A stretch of 64,000 bases of DNA from Chloroflexota bacterium (GCA_963663275.1 OY760183.1:3200001-3264000); one strand, 5' to 3'. Counted from the stretch's first letter, positions 48,926-58,329 are shown. The notes: generated by a model not told the origin, from the letters alone. A program made the numbers and translations.

Positions 48926-49105
48926 TTATACGGATAATCGCCCGACGTCTACACCACAACCCGTTTCACGTCTATACGACAACCCGTCCTACGTCTACAC
49001 CACAACCCATTTCACGTCTACACGACTATCCATCCTACGTTTACACCACAAACCGCGTTACGTCTACACAATAAACCGTCATGCGTTCACACGAAGACCC
49101 GCCCC
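48922..49105. repeat. 23-bp tandem array x8 upstream of argJ
   Basis: Units at 48922, 48945, 48968, 48991, 49014, 49037, 49060 and 49083; consensus ACGTyTACACsACAACCCrTyyy. Confidence 0.9.
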
Positions 49106-49190
49106 AGGCGTGAAGTTTCCCTCCAAAATATGTACAGTATTCCAAGAGGAAGATTCTCAAGCGCGCAATTACACATGAGGAAGCGGAACC

Positions 49191-50414
49191 ATGGCAGGTG
49201 AACTCACGGCAGGACTGAGCGAAGGCGGCGCGACGCGCCCGGCCGGCTATCTGGCGGACGGTGTCTTTTGCGGCATCAAAGAGCCCGACCCAACCGGCGA
49301 AAAGCGCGACGTGGGCTGTCTGGTCTCGGAGCGGCCCGCCACCGTGGCCGGCGTCTTTACGCTGAACAAAGTGAAAGCCGCGCCGGTGCTGCTGGATCAA
49401 GAACGTCTGCGGCGCGGCGCGACCCGGGGCATCGTCTATTGCAGCGGCAACGCCAACGCCTGCACCGGTGCTCAGGGCATGGCGAACGCCCAGGAAATGA
49501 CGGCCCTGCTGGCGGCGCAGGTGGGCGTGGGCGCCGAGGACATCCTGGTCTGCTCCACCGGCGTGATCGGCCGCCAACTGCCCATGGACACGGTACGGGA
49601 AGGCATTGCGCGCCTCGTTCCGGCCAAAGAGCGCCACCGGGAAGCGGCCACCGCCATGTTGACCACCGACGAGTGGCCCAAGGAAGCCGCGGCCGAGTTC
49701 CAGGCCAACGGCGTCACGTACGCGGTCGGCGGCATGGCCAAGGGCGCGGCCATGATCCATCCCAACATGGCCACCATGCTCGCCTACCTCACCACCGACG
49801 CGCCGGTCGCCGCGCCCTTCCTGCACGCCGCCCTCAAGCGGGCCGTGGACGATTCTTTTCACGTGATCAGCGTAGACGGCGATAGTTCCACCAACGACAC
49901 GGTGCTCGCCTTGGCCAACGGCGCGGCCGGCGGGCCGGAAATCGACGGCGGCGCGGCCGGCGCGGCTTTCGAGGAAGCCCTGCGCGCGGTGGCGGTCTTT
50001 CTCGCCAAGGAGATTGTGCGCAACGCGGAAGGCGCCACCAAGATCTTCGGCGTGGAGGTGCGCGGCGCGGCCACGGTGGACGCCGCCCGCGTCATCGGCC
50101 GCAGCGTGGCAAGTTCCAGCCTGGTGAAGACCGCCTTTCTCGGCTCCGACCCCAACTGGGGACGCATCATGTGCGCGGCGGGATACAGCGGCGTGGACTT
50201 CGATCCCAACCAGGCGTCGCTCTGGCTGGAAGACATCCTGCTCTACCGCAACGGCACGCCCACCGACTTCGACGAGGACGCCGCCTCCGCCCTGCTGGAC
50301 AAGAAAGAGGCCATGTTCATCCTCGACCTGGCCGAGGGCGACGCTACCGCCACCGCCTGGGGCTGCGACCTGACCACCGAGTACGTCATCTTCAACAGCG
50401 ACTACCGCACGTAA
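49191..50414 (+). CDS. argJ: Bifunctional ornithine acetyltransferase/N-acetylglutamate synthase
   Basis: SGNANACTG, STGVIG, AKGAAMIHPNMATML, DSSTND, EGATK, PNWGR and WGCDLT..YV motifs. Confidence 0.96.
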   Translation: MAGELTAGLSEGGATRPAGYLADGVFCGIKEPDPTGEKRDVGCLVSERPATVAGVFTLNKVKAAPVLLDQERLRRGATRGIVYCSGNANACTGAQGMANAQEMTALLAAQVGVGAEDILVCSTGVIGRQLPMDTVREGIARLVPAKERHREAATAMLTTDEWPKEAAAEFQANGVTYAVGGMAKGAAMIHPNMATMLAYLTTDAPVAAPFLHAALKRAVDDSFHVISVDGDSSTNDTVLALANGAAGGPEIDGGAAGAAFEEALRAVAVFLAKEIVRNAEGATKIFGVEVRGAATVDAARVIGRSVASSSLVKTAFLGSDPNWGRIMCAAGYSGVDFDPNQASLWLEDILLYRNGTPTDFDEDAASALLDKKEAMFILDLAEGDATATAWGCDLTTEYVIFNSDYRT

Positions 50415-50442
50415 ACCCAAGAGGAAACGCCGGAGGCTGGGC

Positions 50443-51213
50443 ATGACAACCGATAGCAATCACAGCGACAAGGGTTTGGAGCCCGTGGTAACCGGACCCG
50501 TGACGCAGGCCCGGCGCGTCGGCAGAGGTCCCGCCGTCTGGCTGGCGGGCGACCCCGCCGACCTCGAGCCCTGGATGGACCGGGGCGCGGCCGGCATCGT
50601 CACCAATACGGTGGTGCTCAACGAGATGGTGAAGAAATACGGCCAACTCACGGAGGTTGTACAACGCTACCTGGACGTCACCGACAAGCCCGTGGTTGTC
50701 GAGGTTGACGGCCACTCCACGGCTGAGTTGCTCGACGTCAGCCGCTGCTTCACGCGCATGTCCGACCGGATAATCATCAAGATTCCCTGCACCGCGCACG
50801 GCCTCGGCGCGTTCCGCCGCCTGGCCGAGGAGGGCGTGGAAACCTTCTGCACCACCGTCTTCTCGCTGCCCCAGGCGGCGGCCGCGGCGCAGGCGGGCGC
50901 TACCCACGTCCTGCCCTTCTGCGAGCCGGTGAAGCAGATGGGCGGCGACCCCACCAAGCTGGTGCGCGAGTGCGTGCGCATGTTCGCCGGCTGGCAGAAC
51001 CGCCCCTACGTCACCGCCGCCCTCGTCAGAAGCGTCGAGACCGCCTACGCCGCCCTCCGCGACGGCGCCGACGGCATCATCATCTTCTGGCCCATCTTCC
51101 AGGAGATGCTGGAACACCCCCTTACCGACACGTGGAACGAGACTTTCATGAGCGAGTGGGTCGCCATGCGCGACGCAGGCTTGCTGGAAGGCGTTCCGGT
51201 GAAACGCGGCTAA
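50443..51213 (+). CDS. Divergent transaldolase/fructose-6-phosphate aldolase family protein
   Basis: GIVTN, Schiff-base IKIP, T.VFS..QA..AA.AGA, HPLT. Confidence 0.8.
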   Translation: MTTDSNHSDKGLEPVVTGPVTQARRVGRGPAVWLAGDPADLEPWMDRGAAGIVTNTVVLNEMVKKYGQLTEVVQRYLDVTDKPVVVEVDGHSTAELLDVSRCFTRMSDRIIIKIPCTAHGLGAFRRLAEEGVETFCTTVFSLPQAAAAAQAGATHVLPFCEPVKQMGGDPTKLVRECVRMFAGWQNRPYVTAALVRSVETAYAALRDGADGIIIFWPIFQEMLEHPLTDTWNETFMSEWVAMRDAGLLEGVPVKRG

Positions 51214-51282
51214 CGGTGTATCATGGGGCCTGCGGAACTGTAAACGCCCTGCCGTTTTCATGCAAGAGAGTGGAATTTCCCA

Positions 51283-52134
51283 ATGCCCGGCATTGACCTT
51301 CACCTCCACACTACCGCCTCGGACGGCGCGTTTGCGCCGGCCGTCCTCGCGCGCATGGCGGGCACGGCCGGCCTGGATTGCATCGCCATCACCGACCACG
51401 ACAGCACCGACGGCGTGGCCGCCGCGCAGCAAGCGGGGCAGGCGCTAGGTGTGCGCGTGATCGCCGGCATCGAGTTCAACACCCTCTGGCACGGCCAGTC
51501 GGTGCACGTGCTGGGCCACTTCGTGGATACGCAGCATGAGGAACTGCGAGAGGTCGTCGCGCGGCAGCGTGACGGCAGGCTCTACCGGGCGCAAGAGATG
51601 GTGGAAAAGCTGGCCGCGCTGAACATGCCGCTCGACTGGGAGGAGATACTGGAGCGGGCGGACGGCGGCGCGGTGGGACGCCCCCACGTCGCCAAGGCCA
51701 TGATCGCCCGGGGCTACGTGCGCGATTCCGACGAGGCCTTCGCCAAGTACCTGGGCCATGGCATGCCCGCCTACGTGGAACAACCGAAACTCACGCCGGC
51801 TGAGGCGGTGGCCTTGCTGCATCGCGCCGGGGCCGCAGCCGGGCTGGCGCATCCCTACAACGTGGAAGGCGCGGACCAGGTGGACCTGGAAACGCTCGTG
51901 CCCGAACTCGCCGGGGCCGGCCTGGACGCCATCGAAACCTACTACACCGGGTATTCGGCGGAGCAGCGCGCCGCCATTCTGCGCATCGCGGCCCGCTTCG
52001 ACCTGATCCCCACCGGCGGCAGCGACTTCCACGGCGGCGGCATCCTGCCCCAGGCCGCACTGGGCGCTATCAACGTGCCGCCGGAATCCCTGGCGCGGTT
52101 GGAAGCGGCCGCCCGGCAGCGCGCGACGAGCTAG
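51283..52134 (+). CDS. PHP domain phosphoesterase (TrpH/YciV-like)
   Basis: DLHLHTTASDG, ITDHD, GIE, GRPH, AHP and GGSDFHG motifs. Confidence 0.93.
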   Translation: MPGIDLHLHTTASDGAFAPAVLARMAGTAGLDCIAITDHDSTDGVAAAQQAGQALGVRVIAGIEFNTLWHGQSVHVLGHFVDTQHEELREVVARQRDGRLYRAQEMVEKLAALNMPLDWEEILERADGGAVGRPHVAKAMIARGYVRDSDEAFAKYLGHGMPAYVEQPKLTPAEAVALLHRAGAAAGLAHPYNVEGADQVDLETLVPELAGAGLDAIETYYTGYSAEQRAAILRIAARFDLIPTGGSDFHGGGILPQAALGAINVPPESLARLEAAARQRATS

Positions 52135-52508
52135 CGTTCGAAGATGGCATCCAGTTTGCCCACGAACAACCGCACGTCCTCGATGCCGCCCCGCACGGCT
52201 ACTGCCGTCTGGTCCCCCTCGTAGAAGTTGACGTGCAGAGAGTTCGCGCTCCGGAACAGCCTGCCAAGCTCGGCGCTGTCAAGCTCAGCCGAAAACCGGT
52301 CCACGTGCTGGAATAGGTGGGCGTGGGTGTAGTGCTCCCAGCCTCTCTGTTCGGCAATTGCTTTCACGGCCTGCGCCGCCGCGCCCCAGGCTTTCTCAGA
52401 GGCCTGCCGCAAGTCGCCCGCTTCAAGTTCTTCCCCCGCTTGCCGGAGAAAGACGCGGCTGGTCTGCAGGTACTTTTCCGCCTGGCGGTCTCTGCCGTTG
52501 TCTCGCAT
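52131..52508 (-). CDS. PaREP1-family (HEPN-like) protein
   Basis: GDLRQASEKAWGAAAQAVKA and A.SLHVNFYE motifs. Confidence 0.85.
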   Translation of the reverse strand: MRDNGRDRQAEKYLQTSRVFLRQAGEELEAGDLRQASEKAWGAAAQAVKAIAEQRGWEHYTHAHLFQHVDRFSAELDSAELGRLFRSANSLHVNFYEGDQTAVAVRGGIEDVRLFVGKLDAIFER

Positions 52509-52973
52509 CGCGCGCCTCTCTCTTTCTTTACCGCATGGCGATAGTACCAGCCATGACCCTACAAGCGTCAAGCGAAGTGGGACACTGCGGTTGCGCTCCG
52601 TTTGTCACTGTCCGGCAACGCGGGAAGCCACGCGGGCTGCGCCGCGCGCGCCAATGCCGCCCCGCAAGTTACAAACCTGCGCTACCCGAAAGACTGCATT
52701 CTCGCGCTACCGTAGAAGTCGCAATCCCGCACTGCCATACATTTCGCAATCCTGCGCTGACGTGAAGATTGCAGCCCCGCGCTGCCGTGAAGATTGAAGG
52801 CATTTGCTGCCAAGGATCCGGCTCATCGGTGCAAACGGGCCGCATCACTCGTTCCCGCAGTGGCATAGATGCTAAAGTAAGAAGGGAAGCAGTGCGCGGG
52901 CCACGCGTTCGGGATTTCATGCGGAGCCCGCGCCTCGGATAGCGTTCACGGCAGTGAGGTAAGGAGGCAGACC

Positions 52974-53906
52974 ATGGCCGACTCTGGCGCCACATCCGTC
53001 GCGGCGGCGAGACGAATCACGCTCGACGATCTTGAACTGAGCCCGGGCAAGTACGTACGCTTGCAGCGGCTGCTCTACGGCTACGGCCCCGGTAACGGCA
53101 CCATGATGCTGCTGCCGGTGGACCACGGCATGGAGCACGGCCCGGTAGACTTCTTCGACAATCCCGCCGCGCTGGACCCAGATTACATCTGGCGGCTGGC
53201 GCTGGAAGGCGGCTTTTCCGGCGTGGCCTTGCAGTACGGCACGGCGCTGAAGTACATGCGCCAGTACGCCGGCGCCATGCCGCTGGTGGTGAAGCTGAAC
53301 GGCAAGACGAACATCCCGCCGGACGACGACCCCCTCAATCCGCTCAACGCCACGGTGGAGGACGCCGTGCGCCTGGGCGCGGACGCGATTGGCTACACGC
53401 TCTACATGGGCTCGTCGCGCCAGGATGAAGACTTCGCCCAGTGGCGGCAGGTGCGCCAAGACGCCGACCGCTTCGGTATGCCGACCATCATGTGGGCCTA
53501 CCCCCGCGGCCGGCACATGGAGGCCAAAGGCGGCCGCGACAGCTTCTACGCAATCGACTACGCGGCGCGCGTGGCCGCGGAACTCGGCGCGGACGTGGTG
53601 AAGATAAACGTGCCGAAGATCGACCCGGAGAAGGACAAGCTCTCACCCGCGCCCTACGACACCATGAACGTGACTGCCGAGGAGGCGCTGGCCAAGGCCG
53701 TGCAGTCCGCGGGCAAGACGCTGGTGCTGATTTCGGGCAGTTCCCGCGCCAGCGACGAGGAAGCCCTGGAAAAGGCGCGCCTGGCGGTCCAGTCCGGCGC
53801 GACCGGCTTCATCTTCGGGCGCAACTGCTTCCAACGGCCCTGGAACGAGGGTCTGGCCCTGGTGCACGCCATGCGCGACATGCTCCGCGCCGCGGCCGCG
53901 GAGTAG
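52974..53906 (+). CDS. Class I fructose-bisphosphate aldolase (DhnA/FbaB family)
   Basis: LPVDHGMEHGP, KLNGK, WAYPRG, ELGADVVK and FGRN motifs; AAGGAGG RBS. Confidence 0.92.
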   Translation: MADSGATSVAAARRITLDDLELSPGKYVRLQRLLYGYGPGNGTMMLLPVDHGMEHGPVDFFDNPAALDPDYIWRLALEGGFSGVALQYGTALKYMRQYAGAMPLVVKLNGKTNIPPDDDPLNPLNATVEDAVRLGADAIGYTLYMGSSRQDEDFAQWRQVRQDADRFGMPTIMWAYPRGRHMEAKGGRDSFYAIDYAARVAAELGADVVKINVPKIDPEKDKLSPAPYDTMNVTAEEALAKAVQSAGKTLVLISGSSRASDEEALEKARLAVQSGATGFIFGRNCFQRPWNEGLALVHAMRDMLRAAAAE

Positions 53907-53944
53907 CTATTCCAATAGGCTGAACGCAATCGAAGCGAACTTAC

Positions 53945-54580
53945 ATGCCCATCTACACCGGCGGCGGTGACGACGGCGACACGTCGCTCTTCGGCGGCGA
54001 GCGCGTCCCCAAACACGCGCTGCGCATGGAACTCATCGGCACAATCGACGAACTGAGCGCCGCGCTGGGCATGGCGGTCGCTCACGCGCCCGATACGGAA
54101 ACCGCCCCCACGACCCAACGCCAACCCGCGCCGGGCGCTGGCCTGTCCCCTCTCCAGAGGGAGAGGGTTAGGGTGAGGGTCCGACCTCTCGTCCAGCGCA
54201 TCCAAGGCGAACTCTTCGTGATGGGCGCGGACGTTGCCTGCCCGCACGAGCCGCGCGGGTATACCATACCGCGCATCACGCCGGAGCACGCCCAAGCCTT
54301 GGAAGCGGCCATCGACGCTGCCGACGAGCAACTCCCGCCGCTTACGGACTTCGTCCTCCCCGGCGGCACGCACGCCGCCGCCGCGCTGCACTTTGCCCGC
54401 GCCGTCTGCCGCCGCGCCGAACGCATTGCCGTGGCCCTGGCCCAAGAGGAAGATCTCTCCAAACCCATCCTCGTCTACCTCAACCGCCTCTCCGACCTGC
54501 TCTTCACCCTGGCCCGGCTCGCCAACCACCAAACGGGCGCCAAGGACGTGCTCTCGAAAGACGTCCTTTCGCCGGAGTAG
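53945..54580 (+). CDS. pduO: PduO-type ATP:cob(I)alamin adenosyltransferase with an in-frame REP insertion
   Basis: IYT..GD.G.T.L, GTIDEL, F.LPGG, R.VCRRAER and YLNRLSD.LF motifs. Confidence 0.92.
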   Translation: MPIYTGGGDDGDTSLFGGERVPKHALRMELIGTIDELSAALGMAVAHAPDTETAPTTQRQPAPGAGLSPLQRERVRVRVRPLVQRIQGELFVMGADVACPHEPRGYTIPRITPEHAQALEAAIDAADEQLPPLTDFVLPGGTHAAAALHFARAVCRRAERIAVALAQEEDLSKPILVYLNRLSDLLFTLARLANHQTGAKDVLSKDVLSPE

Positions 54581-54626
54581 CCAAGCCACACCGACCCCGG
54601 TAGCGCAGGTTTGCAACCTGCGCCGG

Positions 54627-55163
54627 TCAGCCGTTGTTGATCGGGGTCGGCGTTGCGTCGGCGCACGGCGTAATCCAGTCGCCGACGGTGATGCCGTAGC
54701 GCGCCGCCGCGCCGGCCGGCAGTTCCAGCACGTGGGTGACCGGCTCGTCCGACTGATAGCGCGGCAATTGGTCGTCCGGCGTATTTGGCGGTGGGGGCTG
54801 TACCGCGGCGGCGATCTGCGCCACCGTGCCGTCGCGGATCCAAATTATGTCGAGTGAGAATCTCATTCCCTTCATCCAGAACGACGGCCGCGTCGGCTCC
54901 CCAAAGACGAACAGCATCCCCGCGTCATCCGGCAGACCGGGATAGCCGCTCAACCCGGCGGCCCGTTCTTCCGGCGTATCGGCTACCAGCACATTGATGC
55001 GCGCCTCATTGACGCAGAGCGCCGCTTCATAGGGTAGCGGTGTTTGCTCCTCTGACGCGACGCGCGTGACCAGGCCTTCGAGTAACTCCGCAGTGGGATC
55101 CCCACAGCCGAGTAAGCAGAGGACCATCATCGCAAGTAGGAGACTTGGAATTCTTCGCGCCAC
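54627..55163 (-). CDS. DUF192 domain lipoprotein
   Basis: Lipobox LLGC; VADTPEERAAGL, GMLFVF, FWMK.M..SLDIIW and VLELPAG motifs. Confidence 0.9.
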   Translation of the reverse strand: MARRIPSLLLAMMVLCLLGCGDPTAELLEGLVTRVASEEQTPLPYEAALCVNEARINVLVADTPEERAAGLSGYPGLPDDAGMLFVFGEPTRPSFWMKGMRFSLDIIWIRDGTVAQIAAAVQPPPPNTPDDQLPRYQSDEPVTHVLELPAGAAARYGITVGDWITPCADATPTPINNG

Positions 55164-55192
55164 TTGACTTCTGGCCTCGATTCCTGTAATAT
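55164..55192 (+). promoter_or_regulatory. Putative sigma70-type promoter for the AIPR gene
   Basis: TTGACT-N17-TAATAT. Confidence 0.5.
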
Positions 55193-55297
55193 GTACGTGT
55201 CAGTGTAACGGGCAAGTCACAGGTCTGCGACCTTGACGCTAGCACTGTACCTAATGCTTATGAGGTGCCCGCTCAAGTTCTACAGGAGGCCGCCGCA

Positions 55298-56545
55298 ATG
55301 GCTGCTGTTTCAGTTTCCGATCTTTCCGTTTCTTCTGCACCTCAGTTGCAGATCCCCGTCAGTCGCCAGCACATACGTAGCATTGAAACCCCTGGTGGTC
55401 TTGATGTTCGAATTCTCCACGCGTATGTCAAGATTGCGGACTTCCCCCACGGCGACATTCCAGAGGATGTTAATCCTCGAAGCCATGACGAAAACGCCCT
55501 CAAGTCACGTGTTGCAAGAGCAATTCAGGAGTCGGTTGAGAGTCGTCCAGAGGACTTTCATCTCCTGAACCGCGGACTGCTCGTTATCGCTTCCCGTGCT
55601 TGGTATGACAACCAACAAGAACTGCTCCACATTCACATCGGCTCCTCTGAGCAAGGAGGCTTAGCCGACGGCGCTACCACCGACCGAGTGCTGAGTCGTA
55701 TCAAGCGAGATGCGAAAGCTCTTGTGAACGAGCATAGTTTACCCGATTTCATCGAGAAAGCGTACGTCCACGTGGAAGTGATAGCTGGTGAAGGAATCGC
55801 CGCCAATGAGGCAGTGCTTAGACTTACAGACGCGAGAAACACCAGCATACAAGTTAAGCCGTGGAGCCTCGCAGACTTGGGTGGGAAGTTCGACTGGCTC
55901 AAAGAGATAATCGAGAACTCGCGGTTCAAAGGAAAGGTGCGGTATGAGGAGAACGGCAAGGAGCCAGTTGACATCAGGCAGATTCTAGGGCTGCTGACAC
56001 TCTTTCACCCCAATTGGGATAGCGCTGGTAGGCAGCCGATCGTTGCCTATACGGGCAAAGGGCGCTTGCTTCAGGGCTACTATGAAAAGCCTGATTGGAA
56101 CAGCGGCTATAGGGCACTTGCGCCCGTCATCCTTGACATTCTTGATCTCTATGAGTACGTCAAGCTTTCTTTTGAGCGAGCCTACAAGGATGCCATTGGC
56201 ACCAACGCTAGGCTTGGAAAGCGCAAGGAAATTGACTATAGGGACAAGCCGATCATACGACTAGAACTGACAGGTCGGTTTACTCAATATGGCATTCCAG
56301 ATGGGTGGGTATATCCGATTCTGGGGAGCCTACGTGGCCTGCTGCATAAGAGTACCGACGGCTCAATGCGATGGGATGTGGATCCCAAGGAATTCTTCAC
56401 CACGTGCGGCCCTAAGCTAGTTCAAGATGTGGTGGAGATGTCCGAGCAACTAGGTCGAAATGCAAATTCAACAGGCAAGTCACGGGTGCTATGGCAATCC
56501 CTACACCAGACTGTGGAACTCCAAAGGCTTAGGATGAGTTCCTAA
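55298..56545 (+). CDS. AIPR-family (abortive infection phage resistance) protein
   Basis: NPR...V...I..S...PEDF.LLNRG...GGLADGATT...ARNTS.QVK pattern; many A/T-ending codons unlike the neighbours. Confidence 0.75.
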   Translation: MAAVSVSDLSVSSAPQLQIPVSRQHIRSIETPGGLDVRILHAYVKIADFPHGDIPEDVNPRSHDENALKSRVARAIQESVESRPEDFHLLNRGLLVIASRAWYDNQQELLHIHIGSSEQGGLADGATTDRVLSRIKRDAKALVNEHSLPDFIEKAYVHVEVIAGEGIAANEAVLRLTDARNTSIQVKPWSLADLGGKFDWLKEIIENSRFKGKVRYEENGKEPVDIRQILGLLTLFHPNWDSAGRQPIVAYTGKGRLLQGYYEKPDWNSGYRALAPVILDILDLYEYVKLSFERAYKDAIGTNARLGKRKEIDYRDKPIIRLELTGRFTQYGIPDGWVYPILGSLRGLLHKSTDGSMRWDVDPKEFFTTCGPKLVQDVVEMSEQLGRNANSTGKSRVLWQSLHQTVELQRLRMSS

Positions 56546-56571
56546 GGCATCCGGTTGCAGTCGCACAAAGA

Positions 56572-56613
56572 GCGGCATCTTGGAAACCCATAGCGCGGTT
56601 TCCGAGATGCCGC
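56572..56613. terminator. Strong hairpin downstream of the AIPR gene
   Basis: GCGGCATCTTGGAAACC-CATAGCGC-GGTTTCCGAGATGCCGC; only a weak U-tract follows. Confidence 0.55.
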
Positions 56614-57017
56614 CTCCCTTTAGTACCTGCAGTACTTGAAGAGTCCTCGGCAGCTAAGTGACTCTCACTTCAAGCGCAGCCGCCAGCCGGCACGGACTCC
56701 TTATAGCTTTGCAAATCTTCACCGTGCTCCCGCGCCAGGCAGGAATTTTCCGTCGCCGCCAGGCGAACGTAAGCCGCTAGCAAGATTGGAAACATCAGCA
56801 GCGTCATCAGCGTCGGCCACTGGATGAGGAAGCCGACCATGACCAGCGCGCCGCGGGCGCGGTAGACGCTCCGGTTGCCGTTGTGCCAGGACGTACCTCC
56901 CCGGCGCTATGCGCGCGCTGACACCTGTTCGCTTTGCCGGTTATCATAGACGGTACCACAGGCTCGCTCCCGTGGTTATGTCCGTAGTGACCGTTCCGCC
57001 AACAGAGGAAAAGACCC

Positions 57018-58217
57018 GTGAAGATCATCGATGTCCAAGCCTACATACCCCACCTGCCGCCGGAGCCGCCCAGTTGGCTCTCGCATATTCGGGTGGCAAA
57101 CCCCATGTCCCGCTATCCGGAGTACGGCGCGCGGCGGGCGCTCTGGCAGGGGCCGCTGGGGCCAATCATCGTGCGCGTCACCACCGACGACGGGCTGGAG
57201 GGTCTCGGACTGGGCGGCGGCGGCAATCCGGCCTGCTTCATCGTGGAGCAGCACCTCAAGCGCCTGCTCGTTGGCCAGGACCCCCGCGACACCGAACGCC
57301 TCTGGGACCAGATGTTCCGCGCCTCGCTCCCCTACGGGCGCAAGGGGCTGCCGCTCATGGCGATCAGCGGCGTGGACAACGCCCTGTGGGACATCAAGGG
57401 CAAGGCCGCCAATCAGCCAGTCTACAAACTGCTCGGCGGCGCCACCAAGCCGGCGATTCCGGTCTACGCCACTGGCAATCAATCCGCAGTCTATCAGTCG
57501 TTAGGCTTCGTGGGCAACAAAGTCGCCATGCCCTACGGCCCGTGGGACGGCGTGGAAGGCATGAAGCTGAACGAAAAGCACGTGGCCGACGCGCGGGAGG
57601 CGCTGGGGCCCGACATGCTGCTGATGCTCGATTGCTACATGGCGTGGGACGTTACCTACACGCTGCGCATGGCCGAGCGCCTGCGCCCCTACGACGTGTA
57701 CTGGATCGAGGAGGCGCTCCCGCCCGACGACTACGAGGGCTATGCCGCGCTGCGCCGCCGCATTTCCTGGACGCGCATCACCACCGGCGAGCACGAGTAC
57801 ACCCGCTTCGGCTTCCATGAGCTGATCCAACGCGGCTGCGCCGACATCCTCCAGCCCGATCTCGCCTGGTGCGGCGGCATCACCGAGGCCCACCGCGCGG
57901 CGCAGATGGCCGAGCCCCACGGCATCGACGTGATTCCCCACGTGGGCGCGACCGCCAGCTACCACTTCTGCCTCGCCCATGCCAACGCGCCGCTGGTCGA
58001 ATTCATCTTCCGCGCTGGCGACGGCAGCGAACTCGTGCCGGTGCAGCCCTTCTTCAGCGGCGAACCCCTGCCGGAGAACGGCCAGGTGCGCCCGCCGGAT
58101 ACGCCCGGTTGGGGCTATGACCTTGCCCCTGAGGTCAAGCTGGAACGTCCGCATCCGACGTCCGAAAGCAAAGCGGACGCCGCGCCCGGCTCGGCGGGCC
58201 TGGGCACAGGCGAGTGA
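57018..58217 (+). CDS. L-rhamnonate dehydratase-like enolase-superfamily enzyme (paralog 1)
   Basis: ANPMSRYPEY, LWDQMFRASLPYGRKGL, AISGVD.ALWD, MLDCYM, WIEE, GEHEYT and IPH motifs. Confidence 0.88.
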   Translation: MKIIDVQAYIPHLPPEPPSWLSHIRVANPMSRYPEYGARRALWQGPLGPIIVRVTTDDGLEGLGLGGGGNPACFIVEQHLKRLLVGQDPRDTERLWDQMFRASLPYGRKGLPLMAISGVDNALWDIKGKAANQPVYKLLGGATKPAIPVYATGNQSAVYQSLGFVGNKVAMPYGPWDGVEGMKLNEKHVADAREALGPDMLLMLDCYMAWDVTYTLRMAERLRPYDVYWIEEALPPDDYEGYAALRRRISWTRITTGEHEYTRFGFHELIQRGCADILQPDLAWCGGITEAHRAAQMAEPHGIDVIPHVGATASYHFCLAHANAPLVEFIFRAGDGSELVPVQPFFSGEPLPENGQVRPPDTPGWGYDLAPEVKLERPHPTSESKADAAPGSAGLGTGE

Positions 58218-58329
58218 GTTCCGCCTGCCAGGGCGCAGGAGAGTGAGTTCCGCCTGCCAAGGGCACGGGAGAGTGATTTCCGCCTGCCAGGACGCGGGAG
58301 AGTGAGTTCCGCCTGCCGAGGCGCGGCGC
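58212..58329. repeat. 29-30-bp tandem repeat x4 spanning the upstream gene's stop codon
   Basis: GAGTGAkTTCCGCCTGCC... at 58212, 58241, 58271 and 58300. Confidence 0.88.

Noticed and set aside
48922-49105. ArgR ARG-box array
   Set aside because: The units are direct repeats without the TGAATww.wATTCA palindrome.
52860-52970. Cobalamin riboswitch (AAGGGAA motif upstream of the aldolase/pduO genes)
   Set aside because: Lacks the GGTG.AA.TCC and B12-box GCCACTG/AGyC.GA.ACC elements in the expected arrangement.
58212-58329. Possible mini-CRISPR
   Set aside because: An 18-bp constant part with 11-12-nt similar linkers is too short; this is a simple tandem duplication.
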